A stretch of 63,659 nt of DNA, the filler included, from Olpidium bornovanus S191 (Eukaryota > Fungi > Olpidiomycota): assembly GCA_017911155.1 (NCBI GenBank). It is 29 parts of 29 records of this genome, joined end to end, with 100 filler letters (N's around TTAATTAATTAA, not from the genome) between each part and the next. Parts side by side here need not be neighbours in the genome. Positions count along the whole stretch, not along the records: positions 21,545 to 23,565 come from JAEFCI010003878.1; positions 23,666 to 27,414 come from JAEFCI010007829.1; positions 27,515 to 29,578 come from JAEFCI010013121.1; positions 29,679 to 31,224 come from JAEFCI010013277.1; positions 31,325 to 32,996 come from JAEFCI010010973.1; positions 33,097 to 36,062 come from JAEFCI010006276.1; 23 more parts are not named here. One strand, given 5' to 3'. Shown piece by piece: positions 23,511-34,515 of the stretch. Position 1 is the stretch's first letter; each line of letters opens with the position of its first letter. A program made the translations under genes and the position numbers. Under the pieces are notes generated by a model. It was not told where the DNA came from, made no database searches, and saw nothing but the letters and a program-made list of their open reading frames with translations.

Positions 23511-23665
23511 ACTTGATCTTTCTACAACCCGGCAACAAAAATTTTTGCCCCTCCAACCGACCATGNNNNNNNNNNNNNNNNNNNNNNNNNNNNNNNNNNN
23601 NNNNNNNNNTTAATTAATTAANNNNNNNNNNNNNNNNNNNNNNNNNNNNNNNNNNNNNNNNNNNN

Positions 23666-23932
23666 CCTCTCCATGGTCGCCGTTCACGCGACTTCCGGTC
23701 CTTTCCGTGGTTCGTCGGACAGGGAAGAGTTGGCGGTTTGGGCTCATAACCTGTTGATTCCCGGAAGCCGAAGGAGAAGAAGAGGACGAGGTTTTGTATT
23801 CGGGGCGTTGCGCCGCTATCTACTCTCGGCCTGTTTTATATGACGGGAAACTAAAAACTCTACAAAGGGGTAACAGGGGCTTTTGGTGTGCGCAGTGCTC
23901 GTGCTGCTCAGCCTCCCCCTTTATTTTCGACA
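23666..23932 (-). mobile_element. Ty1/copia 5' LTR (23752-23932) with PBS (23740-23751) and leader
   Basis: TGT...ACA ends; internal TATAAAA on the minus strand; followed directly by GGTTATGAGCCC. About 94% identical (11 differences by my count) to 62696-62875, with different outer flanks. Confidence 0.88.
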
Positions 23933-25555
23933 GCTTACCCCGGCGGGCTTTCCAGGCCGTAAAGGGGCTAAGAAGATTCCCCTGTGTAAAATAAAATCTG
24001 GACGGGAACGGCGAGACCTTCCGCAGAAGCAAAACAAGAAAACCTTCCTCTGATTCCCGTCTCTCGCCTTGGAACTTTTTTGCATCCGCGCACTCCTCGG
24101 CTTTCGTCTTGGTGCTGTTTACGTAACAGGCTTTATGAGCCCAACCGGTACGCTTTTCTGTCAAAAAGAAGAACCCAAAACCGTGGAAGAGAAGAGGAAA
24201 AAAAAAATATATAAAAGAGGCCACCGTGCCTCCCTCCCCAGCCGTGGAAGTAAAAACCGCTGTCGGCGATGGATCGGGGGGGGGGGAATCGATGCGGCCG
24301 CCGTCCTCTCGGAAGCGCGCGTGCGTCAGTTTACGCCCGCGGCAGCGCCGCGATCCCAGGAGTGGTTTCACGACGTTGAGCAAGCCCTACGCCAAATCGG
24401 GAAACCCCCCCTCCCCCGCCCCCACCCCTCCACCCGCAGATGTCTAAGTAGGGGGCGAGGACCACGCGTGCCCGCCGCCGATACGCGCGCGTCTCGTCCC
24501 CACACGAACAGCCCACCCCCCCACCCCCTTCGATCAAAATAATAAACTCGGCGCAACGGCGCGCCGGAACCGCCGTCGGGCCCTCTCACTCCCCTCGTTC
24601 GATCGGAGCACCGCGCTCGGCAGCGTCGGCTGCCTCGTCGGGCGTCGACCCATCGTCGTCTTCTGATTCCCGATTGCGGCCGTCGGGGTCACTCCGTTTG
24701 CTTCGCCTTCGACGTTGGAATCGTTGGAAAAAACCAAGAGAGGCACTTTCCGCGTGATTCTACACCATGGAGCATTTGGATATACCATGACATCTCTCCA
24801 GACGCTATCACAAGGGAGTTGCGAAGACAATTTGTGGAGACTTTCAGTTCCCTCTTTATGCAACTGCCAACCCTGCGAGGCGAGAAACCGTGGGCACGCA
24901 GTTCCATCTTGGCCTGTCCGGAGACCGCAAGACCGGTCCCACCACGCACACGACTTCTACAGTAGCTATATATTAAGATATTATTACACTCCACTCGGCC
25001 CGCCCGCCCGTTTTTCTCGCGGTCGCGAGCCCTTCGCTCGGCCCTTTAGGCAAGTCTCGCTGTGCGCCACAGTCGTGACGTGTGGCAAAACATCTTTCTG
25101 TCCCAAGCTTGGTCAGACTAGGCAGTCTCAATGCTTCCCTTCTAAATCGGCCGTTCCGCGGGATGTGCTGGGTATGCCCTGCCCTCTGGGAGGAGGCGCG
25201 AGGCGTTTCATTTATTCCCGTTATGAACTGCTGCCCGCAGCGCGTCCTCGGAGGGTGGCAATCCGCTTTTGCGGCCCGCCGTGATATCCGCCCGGCCCTG
25301 CCTATGTCACCTTTGTTCGACCATGTTTGAAGCTTGGGCCAGTAAAACGCCCCAGCCATATTCTCAGGGCCATTCGACATGGAAAACTCCTCCCTGCCGT
25401 CAAGGATCGTCATCCACGTGGCGCACTCTCGCTCATCCGGCACCCACCATCTCCAAAACACTAACACAGATGCACAAGGCGGATTGGAGGCATACCTGGA
25501 CTGTTGAGCGAGAACGGAAAGACCACATATATATTGCAGAACGCTTCGAGCCTGC

Positions 25556-27281
25556 TCAAGCAGGAAGGTACTTCCTGGGCCGGGTGTCCGCGTTGCGGAA
25601 AAAGATGGCGTCTGGCAAGTGGCTGAGCAACGACAAACGCAGAGGAATTAACATTGGTATACCAACTCCGAGTTAAGCAGTAACCGCCAGGCGCTTCCCA
25701 GCACTAGCGATTCTCGCATACTGCGCTTCCGGGACTCACGGCTTATCTCCCTGCTCCCACGTGTAGCTGCACCCGACAGCGATCTGTTCGCCGGAGCAGT
25801 TGAACGAGAGGGCAGAGACGCCCGTCTCGAACTTCCGAAACTGCCGTACGCGCCGCCTGCTCACACTGTCCCAAACGTTCACGAGGCCGTCGGCACCGCC
25901 AGAGGCCAAAGTGCCGTGCCTGCGAAAAGCGGAAAAGACAGCATGTGTCAGAAATTCAAGGTATCGACCGGCACAATTCGGTCTTGAGGGTTTTCGAACG
26001 TAACTGGTTGAAGGCGAGAGCATTGATTGGGTACACCATCTGTACGCCGTCCACGGTCTCCCGATGGCACTTGAAAGCGTATCTGTGCGCCTGAGACTCT
26101 CTGGAATAATCAAAGTACTCGATGGCAATGCGGCCCTCGATGCTGCTCATTGCGTATCCTGGGGCAACGCAAAAGCCCCTCGCAACGTCAAGCTCATTCC
26201 TCCCAACGCAAAATCCGCACGGAACACGAAACACTTTCGTGCCGGCAGATCGCATAATCAGAAGAGAGCTGCCTGTCTTGCTCTGGCTCACCCGCTCCGT
26301 TTGGCATGCACCTCAGCGCGCGAGTCTGGAACTTCAGCGCGCTGTCTCTCCGCTGGCATGCCACGGACATATTCCTCAGGTCATACAAGAACACGTTCCG
26401 GCCGGCCATACCGACAACCACGTAATATGGGTTTTCTGAGTGCGGCGAGACGTCTAGTGCAAACACTTTTTCCGGTTGCATAAATTGACCCAGGGAATCG
26501 CCACTGCGGTGGTCAAAGAGGCGAACAGTTTTGTCCCATGAACCGGTCACAATGCATCCTGCGATTGTTCAGAAGTGAGATTAGCGCCCAGCGACGCGAC
26601 CGTATGTAAAGTAATCGTGATCCTGGAAAGACGTGGGCGCCCAGTGCCATCTCACAGACCTGCATGGCAGTACTTTACGTTGCGGATCGGCGCGTCGTGT
26701 CTGCCGATCACGTAGCTCTGCCCGGTGGTCACATTAAATCTTCACTCAGGTGGCGAAGATGCAGGATCACGGGACACCGGAAAGAAGGAGGCCCAACGGT
26801 GGACAGGTCAAAGTCCCGCAGACGTCAGAAACGCCAGACGGGTCCGACAAACAAAATGCTTCTCTCTCTCCACCCCGGCTCCCCGCCCGCCCCGCCCAGG
26901 CGCACCCCCGCGCATGCTCACATCCTCACACCTCTATCGACTCCCACGCTGGCGGCTCTGGCGCCGTCCGCTCCAACAAAACACGCGTCGAGCACGGGCG
27001 CCGCGTGGGTAACTTTAGTCTCGAGCCGGTTGGCGCTCGTGTCGTACACGCGGGCAGTCTTGTCCTGGGCGGAGGAGACGCAAAGATATCAGCGAGCCGG
27101 AGGCGGGGTTGTACACCGGTGGGCCGCCCGCCCGCGAGTAGGGGGTTACACAAGAACCGCGCGCGGGACGACGCACCCACGACGCGACAAGCAGCACCGA
27201 GGGTTCCAGCGGGTGGTACTCGAGCGAGGAAATTGCGTCTTCCGGCGGGTCGTTGAGCTCGTCGAACGCGGCCGACGCCAT
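25556..27281 (-). CDS. BUB3: Spindle checkpoint WD40 protein Bub3, apparently complete
   Basis: Multi-exon: MASAAFDELNDPPEDAISSL..VASW-DKTARVYD..., TGSWDKTVRLFD, QTRALRC, SSIEGRIAIEYFD, YAFKCHR, YPINALAF, TLASGGADGLVNVWD, CSYTWEQGDKP-HLPDAIFFRN...*. Confidence 0.93.
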
Positions 27282-27515
27282 GGCGTGCGCGCGTGTGGTG
27301 GGGGGGGAGGGGGGGGGGGGGGGGGTGCTGAAACGAGACCTGAAACAAAGGGGTTCAGGGGGGGGATAATGCACTGCGCCCACCCGGGTTTTCCCCTGAA
27401 ATCCTCTCTATAAANNNNNNNNNNNNNNNNNNNNNNNNNNNNNNNNNNNNNNNNNNNNTTAATTAATTAANNNNNNNNNNNNNNNNNNNNNNNNNNNNNN
27501 NNNNNNNNNNNNNNC

Positions 27516-27993
27516 AAGAAAGACGAGCACAAGGGCTGCTGCTGCGTGTCAAACCTCCTTGCTGTTCAGCCAGACTTCAAGGAAGAAACCACTGCCATTG
27601 CCAAGGCAGTCGAGAAAGCAGGCCAGGTCTTCATGTTGTATCCTAAGTATCATTGCGAATGCAATTTTATTGAACGGTACATTGCTTCTTGTTCCGCGTT
27701 TTGGGATAGGAGATGCCCAGAACTGACGGTTATTTTCTGACAGGTTCTGGGGTGCAGCCAAGCGCCTTGCTCGTCAGCAATGCGACTACTCCTACAAAGG
27801 TCTCTGTGATCGTGTCCCAAATATTCTCGACAACATTCCTCTTGCTCAGATTCGGCACTTTGCTGGGAAAGCCTGGCGATATATTGAGCCATACGCAAAT
27901 GGCCTTGACGTACACCAAGCTGAAGACGCTGAAAGGAAGTTGCGTGCTGAAAAGAAGTTCAAGTCCCATCGCCGCATCTGCCAGGATGATTAG
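27516..27993 (+). mobile_element. IS630-Tc1-mariner-type transposase, C-terminal part, with a spliceosomal intron at 27677-27743
   Basis: CCCVSNLLAVQPDF...[31 protein letters not shown]...YIEPYANGL...[20 protein letters not shown] corresponds to the PxxSPDLNPIE motif. The frame is restored only by removing a 67-nt GT-AG intron. Confidence 0.85.
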
Positions 27994-28072
27994 GTAACCC
28001 TCTGTGCAGTAACTAAGTCAAATAAATCAATTTATCAATATTTTGTCAATATATATATATTTTTTCGTGGTA

Positions 28073-28193
28073 TATTCGGGGGAAATTTGACATTTCAAAT
28101 TCGGTCCGCCGCCATATAAAACCGATCCCTGGTCCCCAACTTCAACGTCTATCTATTTCGTCAAAACTTCGCCAATCTGAGATCTGTTTTATA
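28073..28193 (+). mobile_element. Probable right terminal/subterminal region of the transposon
   Basis: Lies 80-200 bp after the transposase stop, ends ...GTTTTATA, and is similar to the reverse complement of 2370-2479. Confidence 0.5.
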
Positions 28194-28734
28194 CAATCTT
28201 ACCAGGACACACAGCTCTTCATTTCCTATAGAAAAGAATCCAGACATCTGTCTTTTCTGGTGAGGAGTAGCGGTTGCCGTTCGGGTCCGAAAATGTTGAG
28301 TCTAAGCTTGTCGCACCATATTGAGCGGGGAGGGCGGAGGAGGGCGGCGGAACGAAGCGGGGAAGGAGGGTTGCCGCACGTGAACGCGCACGGTGCAATC
28401 AAGCCGGCCACCCCACCCTGCTTCGACGGTGGGGGTGCGGGGAAGAAAGAAAGAGAGAACCCCATCTCCTTCCCGATTTGTCGACCCCCTCCGCCCACCC
28501 CACCACCCCCCCACCTGCCAACCAACCACCCTGCCAACGAACCACCCTGCCAACCCCGCCCGCGGGCCTCTAGACGGGGCACCAAAAAAAAACGGGAGAG
28601 CGAGAGATAAAAAGGGAGCGGGAGAGAGCGAGAGAGAGAGAAGGAGGAGAAATAAAAGCGGCGGCAAAAGTTTTTTTCTTAGATTTTTTTTTATTATTAT
28701 CATTAATTATTTCCTTTATGATACTTTTTTTGAT

Positions 28735-29092
28735 TCAAACGCCCGCAGCTTCCTCCTCCTCCTCCTCCAGCGCGGCGGCGGCGAGCGAGAGGGGTGTCTC
28801 CTGCCCGCACGCGCACGACGGCGACGGCGACGGCGTCGGCGTCGGCGTCGGCCGGCCGCCGGACCGCTTCGACGGGCGGCGGCACATTTCCGCGCAGGCG
28901 GCGGCCCCGGCGGCCCCGGCGGGCGCCGGAGGCGGCTGCTTCTCGCGGTGGCCGAGGTAAAACGTGACGTAGAAGAACGCGACGAAGTGCAGCAGGCCGC
29001 GCAGCGGGGAGGTCAGCGCGTGCAGCATGCGCAGCTCGAACGGCGTCCGGCCGACCAGGACGTGGTATACCCTGTTGAGCGTCGCGGGCCCC
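28735..29092 (-). CDS. GPCR-like protein (Git3/cAMP-receptor-like class), last exon covering the end of TM6, TM7 and the tail
   Basis: (W)GPATLNRVYHVLVGRTPFELRMLHALTSPLRGLLHFVAFFYVTF resembles the W.P..INR.Y...LHA...P..G pattern. A ccgcag acceptor precedes the exon. Confidence 0.55.
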
Positions 29093-29296
29093 CTGCGGTG
29101 AGGGTTTTTTTTTTGAGAGTTTTTGTTTTCGGGGGGGGTGGGGGGAATGGAGAAAGGGGCCGGAGGGGGAGGGGAAGAAGGTGAGCGGCGAGGAACAGGC
29201 GGTGGTGGGAGGGGGAGGGAAGACCGGTTCGTCAAAACAAAAACAGCCAAAGAAAAAAAACGACCAAAAAAACAAAACAAAAACAAAGCAAAAAAA

Positions 29297-29468
29297 CCCC
29301 CCGAAAATCAAAAGGCAAACAGCAAAAGAAAAGCAAAAAATAAAAACAAAAACAAAACAAAAAAACACCCCGAAAATCAAAAATCAAACAGCAAATGAAA
29401 AAGCAAAAAATAGAAACAACAAAAAAATCCCCCCGAAAATTAAAAAGCAAACAGCAAAAGAAAAGCAA

Positions 29469-29470
<2 letters not shown>
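29297..29470 (+). repeat. A-rich degenerate tandem repeat, three 60-70-bp units
   Basis: CCCCGAAAAT(C/T)AAAA..CAAACAGCAAA..GAAAAGCAAA recurs near 29301, 29370 and 29433. Confidence 0.7.
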
Positions 29471-29542
<72 letters not shown>

Positions 29543-29683
29543 AAAACCCCCCCCCCCCCCCCCCCCCCTCCTGCTACCNNNNNNNNNNNNNNNNNNNNNN
29601 NNNNNNNNNNNNNNNNNNNNNNTTAATTAATTAANNNNNNNNNNNNNNNNNNNNNNNNNNNNNNNNNNNNNNNNNNNNGGGGG

Positions 29684-29727
<44 letters not shown>

Positions 29728-29910
29728 AAGAAAAAAACCAAGCGTTCTGTCGCGCGTTTTACAGGCAGCGCTTTCAAGGAGGTCTTGTAAGAGCATTTTA
29801 GGGACGGCGACGGCAGGTGTTTGATGCGGTTGTCAGCTATTACTTTCCCGGGCGGGGCATCACTTTGCTTTTTTGCTTGATCTCCGTGGCATTAGCTCCT
29901 TTCGGCGGTG

Positions 29911-30025
29911 AACTCTCCAGTTAATAACATTATCAGAGGTTAACGGAATGAACGAACGGCTTTTTGGGGGGAACTCTCCCGTTAATAACATTATCAGAGA
30001 TTAACGGTATGAACGAACAGCTTTT
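29911..30025 (+). repeat. 61-bp tandem duplication with an internal inverted repeat
   Basis: AACTCTCC(A/C)GTTAATAACATTATCAGAG(G/A)TTAACGG(A/T)ATGAACGAAC(G/A)GCTTTT at 29911 and 29972. Confidence 0.9.
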
Positions 30026-32081
30026 ATGTAAACTAACTGACAGCAAACTAAAACGTGGCAATGTCGGCAGCTCGGTGTTCAGCGGCCAGCGAAGGCCGCA
30101 AGCAACGCGAGCCGCTCGACGTGTGCTCTCCGCCATTTATCGTCCGTTTCAAGCGTGTGACTCACCGATTTCTCTCCCCAGGATGTTTGGCCGGACCAAA
30201 AACAGCCTGTTTTCGATTAGCCTGAACAATCAATGATAATATGGGTTAGAGGTGCGACATCTGGCCATAGCCCTGTCTATCGCGCATGAAAATAAAAGCC
30301 AGGTCTATCACGCAGTAAAAAAAAAAAATAAAGTAAAAAGAATAACGCACCGCGAACTGGGTGGAGAACAGCATATTCGTTCTTTTCCGTTTTTGCACTC
30401 CGGTCGGCGCGTTAGCAGCGAATGGCAAAATACATTCTCGGACAAAGGCTCAGTGGCCTTCCTTGCCGTGCGACTGGTCCGTTAGAGATAATAAATAGGC
30501 TGCAGTGTAAGCCTGCACAACGGCACCAAACGGCACCAAGATTCCCGGCGCGCAGCTCACCCCGACGGAGAAGCGTGCCAGCGGGCCAACGGGCGCAGGG
30601 CAGGGCCGGAAGCAGGCGGGGGGAAGGAGAGGGGCGGGCGAGAGGGGGTTTGCACGCTACGGTTCCTTTTTTTTGAGCTCGGCTTGGCGCAGAGCAGGCT
30701 GTACCGGTGGGGGGCGTGGCGTAAACGCTCGCGGCGGCCCGCGCCGCGCGCTGAGGCACGCCACGAGGGCAGCTCCTGCCCTCTGCGTAACGAGCTGGGC
30801 GGGGGGCACTGATCGCGTTCCCTCCGCCCCCGCAAGTCGTCTCCGTTTTCTCTGCTCCTTTCCTTGGCCGCTTCGTCCTCCTTTCTGCCGGGCCGCCGCC
30901 GCCGCCGCCGGTCGCCGTCGGCGGCCGTTGACCCTTCGGCCGCGTTCCTCCTTCGCCTCCTCGTCTTTCACAGCGCCCTCGTTCCCGGCGGGTGCACGTG
31001 CGGGTGCAGGTGCGGGTGCGGGTGCGGGTGCGTGTGCGGGTGCGTGTGCGGCGGGGCGCGTCCCGGCACGTGACCCGGAGACGCGCGCATCCCCCGAGGT
31101 TAACATGATAAATGATTTGCATCTGCCGGCCAAGGTGAAACGAAGTTGTAGGAAGCAGAAAGCCAACATCCGAAATAACCACATTAGCTACGCAGAAAAT
31201 ATCCGTCGTAACTGTTCTTGCACANNNNNNNNNNNNNNNNNNNNNNNNNNNNNNNNNNNNNNNNNNNNTTAATTAATTAANNNNNNNNNNNNNNNNNNNN
31301 NNNNNNNNNNNNNNNNNNNNNNNNCATGCGGGGTAAGACTGCGTGTACCGCCCTGCCAGGATATTCATTTAACAAAATCTCGAATCTTACTGGTGACAGT
31401 TTCCCAACACGACAACAATTGTTTGACGGAGTTCCACCGCGCAAGTCGACGCACCGCCCCTGATATTTGGTGAGTAACAGCACGTGAACTCAACGGAGAT
31501 CGCCCGCAGAATCCACAGGGCGACTAGATTGGCTGAGCGCGAACGGAAAACCGACAACCCGGCGCAGCCTTCGACGCCCTGCGCGAAGCCAGTCGCCCAG
31601 TTCGTTCCGCTGTGTGCGTTCGCCCTGGCGCGACGTTTCTTCCTAGGAAGACCTGCGTTTTAGGACTCGCGTGCGATTCCAAACGAACCGCGGTTGCGGC
31701 CGACAGCGAGGCACAATATGCCGATCTTACCGAGCCGCGCCGCGCGCCGTCGTCGACCTGTCCTGCTACGACCAATTTTTGACTCCGCTCCTATTCGATT
31801 TGCAGAAGCTTCATATTTCGTCTTTCGCGGAAATTTCCGTGATAGCAAGTCCGGCACTCCTGTGAACGCCGGGTGGTGCGCGACCCAGGGTTTCAAACCC
31901 TCTCTTTTGTTTTCTGCCGGCTGCAGCTGCCGCCAAACACGTTTGCGGAAACACGCGGCGAGCAGACGGCTGGTTCCCCGGTTATCCAGCCGTTGACATT
32001 CTGACCAAGGAGGGGAGTACGACACAGCCAGGAATTGCCGTGGGTGTCCCCGGAGGCGTCTCTGTAACGCAAGTAGTGCCA

Positions 32082-32588
32082 TTATGTCCCTCCCAAGACA
32101 GCGTGTAACCTCACAACGCGGTCCTGGACAACTTTTATCGTGGAGCTGGCCGCAGCAAGACGGCTCTGGGCGTTGGCCAGCTTAGCCACAACCGGCTGGA
32201 GAGGTGGAATGGCCGCGGCCGTTTCGTGGAAAACTTGCAGCTCTTGCTCGGGAGGGCACAGGCTCTGTCAGCCACAGTGGGGAACCCCCCCCGACAGCTG
32301 CCGTTCCGCACGGAACTCACCTGCCGTCAGCCGCTCAATCTCAGCCGTCAGCTCTCTCTGCGCCCGGCGCAAGCTCACGACGTTCAGGTCCGCCTCGTTT
32401 ACCAGCGGCTGCAGCAGGCCGCATATACCCCGCGAAAGGGCGGCCACGGTACCTTCGCCTCCCGCCAGCGGCCGCACCTCGGACAAACTGGGGCCGTCGT
32501 CACTCGTGGTCCCTTGCTGTCCCTCCAACAACGTCTGGTCGCCTGGCGGCGGTTGCTCGGGCACCGAATCTAATCCGCCGTCGACCAT
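32082..32588 (-). CDS. SNAPIN: Snapin (BLOC-1/BORC subunit)
   Basis: Exons 32588-32321 and 32242-32082: ...LSRGICGLLQPLVNEADLNVVSLRRAQRELTAEIERLTA-ELQVFH...PLQPVVAKLANAQSRL...VQDRVVRL*, the Snapin/Pallidin coiled-coil pattern. Confidence 0.78.
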
Positions 32589-32866
32589 ATCCGGTTTCCT
32601 GCGAAAGTTCAGGTGCCGCAGGTCACGGAAACGGCGCGCGTGCCGCGTCACAACGGGAAGTCAGCGGGCGCCCAGCGCAGAAAGACGCGCTGCCGCCCGG
32701 CACCGTCACCTCGAGCGAGTTCAGGCTTTTGTTGAATCTCCAGCGCGGCCGGAGATTACTTTGATTGCAGAAACGGACCGGAACTGTTCCGCACGATGAC
32801 GGACCTTCGTCGGAGAAAGAAACTTTCCTGCTGTCACCCGACGCCAGCCGGCTCGGTCAGCTTAAG

Positions 32867-32876
32867 GTCACGTGAC
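32867..32876. promoter_or_regulatory. Perfect GTCACGTGAC palindrome (CLEAR/Cbf1-type E-box)
   Basis: About 280 bp upstream of the Snapin ATG. Function is inferred only. Confidence 0.4.
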
Positions 32877-33537
32877 TTGGCAGCCGCGCGGATGATGAAA
32901 TCCCCCGCTCTCGTTGGTGACGCAAACCGCGCGCTCTCCGTGGACGGCCGGGGCCGGCGCTCCTCGTCGAAAACGGAGCGGCGTTCTCTAAGCATGNNNN
33001 NNNNNNNNNNNNNNNNNNNNNNNNNNNNNNNNNNNNNNNNTTAATTAATTAANNNNNNNNNNNNNNNNNNNNNNNNNNNNNNNNNNNNNNNNNNNNGTGA
33101 GTCGGCAGCTCAGGCGGGAACTGAGGAGTTCACCTCTGAGAGAATTTGCAGGACCCGACCCACCTGATGCCGAACCCTGCGACCGCATCAGGCTCTCGTT
33201 TGGTCTTGAAGAGCTTTATTTTTTTTTTTTTTTTTTTGATTCCCCTCCCATACCTCTTAGCATTGCGAACCCCCGAGACGGACACGGGATAATCACGGGG
33301 TTTTCATGAATACGGGGCTCTTACGAGGACGTGGAGACACGGAGAGAAAACAAGAGCGCGGGGGCCGGCGAAACCTCTCCCAGAATGGCACGCACGATAG
33401 TGTGGACGCTCACCATTAGCACTCGGTTGCCGCATGCACGGCGAGCGCCAGCGATATTACCCCCTGGCATTGGCAGCGGGGAAACGGCAGGGGAGCCGGG
33501 ACCGTTGACCACTCCACGCAAATTGCATAGCAAATAA

Positions 33538-34515
33538 TCAAATTATAATACAGGCTCGGTCTATTGGACACAACGCACTGCCAGGCGTGTGGAACTCATC
33601 AGAGTTATCCGTGATGCTGAATGCAAACTCGCTTGCCAATGGGGACTTCTGTGGAAGCATGGCGTAGCGTGACTGATGGTGATCGTGACGAAATTGACGA
33701 AGGTCGGATTGGACGCGATGCTGACGGGGTTGCAGTGGATTCATCGGCGACATCGGCGACATCGGCGACGATGGCTCGCTGAAGATCCCCGCGCCAGGTC
33801 CAAGATCCAGGGGGGCGGGTTTTCTTCGTGGAATGCTGGGTACTAGTTTTCCGGAAGGGTCGCCCACGGCCGTCTCAGGGAGTCGCATGGGACCAGAGAA
33901 TGACGCGTATTGGTCGTCCGGCTGTTGGTAGACGCGATGGAGTCCCTTTTCGGCCAGAGGACAAGGGAACGCCGGAGGGCGGTAGTGTTCAGCAAAATCT
34001 GCAGCGCGGTCGTTCCCGGGAAGGGCGTCCCTGCCGTTCGTGACTTCTCTCGCGGGCGCAGCGGCGGCAGGTCGAAGGATGACGCGTGACGAACCCGGCG
34101 TTGCAGGACGACTCGGGCAGTCTGCTCTGGAGGGCTCGCCGGGCACGCCGCCGCGGGATTTGGTACCTTTGAGCAGCCCGGCGGTCGCGGCGTCTCGGAC
34201 GACTTCCGGGCCGCTGCCGGCAAACGCTATGAGAGGAACCCGACCGGATCGCGTTGGCGCGGGCGAAGGGCAGCGCCCCACCCCCTCGCCGCGATCCCTC
34301 CTTTCCTTCTTGACGCCGGTCGTCTGCGACGTCACCGCGGTGCGCGGCACGGTCAAGATCTCCGACTCGTCCCACAGCACCGAGATGTCGCTCTCGTCGA
34401 TGAGCGGCCTCTGCGGAAAGCGGCGGCTGCTGCCGAGGGGGGTCGAAGGTCGCGAGATATTGAAGCTCGGTTCCGTTTGACTGGCGGACTCCGCGGGGCG
34501 CCGTGTTCTCTCCAT
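33538..34515 (-). CDS. Hypothetical disordered Pro/Ser-rich protein (exon)
   Basis: Long open frame with many SP motifs (SPMSPMSPMNP) and plausible further exons toward 33100. No family recognised. Confidence 0.4.
   Translation of the reverse strand: MERTRRPAESASQTEPSFNISRPSTPLGSSRRFPQRPLIDESDISVLWDESEILTVPRTAVTSQTTGVKKERRDRGEGVGRCPSPAPTRSGRVPLIAFAGSGPEVVRDAATAGLLKGTKSRGGVPGEPSRADCPSRPATPGSSRVILRPAAAAPAREVTNGRDALPGNDRAADFAEHYRPPAFPCPLAEKGLHRVYQQPDDQYASFSGPMRLPETAVGDPSGKLVPSIPRRKPAPLDLGPGAGIFSEPSSPMSPMSPMNPLQPRQHRVQSDLRQFRHDHHQSRYAMLPQKSPLASEFAFSITDNSDEFHTPGSALCPIDRACIII

Noticed and set aside
23740-23751. tRNA-Met gene
   Set aside because: Only a 12-nt match to the anticodon arm, with no cloverleaf or A/B boxes; it is a retrotransposon PBS. 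No tRNA or rRNA genes were found in the window.
24973-25467. Gypsy integrase remnant (GAFYWPKL, QFITGINETPR)
   Set aside because: Only two short look-alike words, with no HHCC or DDE spacing; not supportable without a profile search.
29470-29545. Long poly-A runs as retroposition tails
   Set aside because: No adjacent intronless gene copies or TSDs; they sit in introns or at contig ends.
30430-30500. Possible selenocysteine TGA (minus frame KEGH*AFV, 30452-30450)
   Set aside because: No recognisable selenoprotein family or redox motif, and no SECIS identified.
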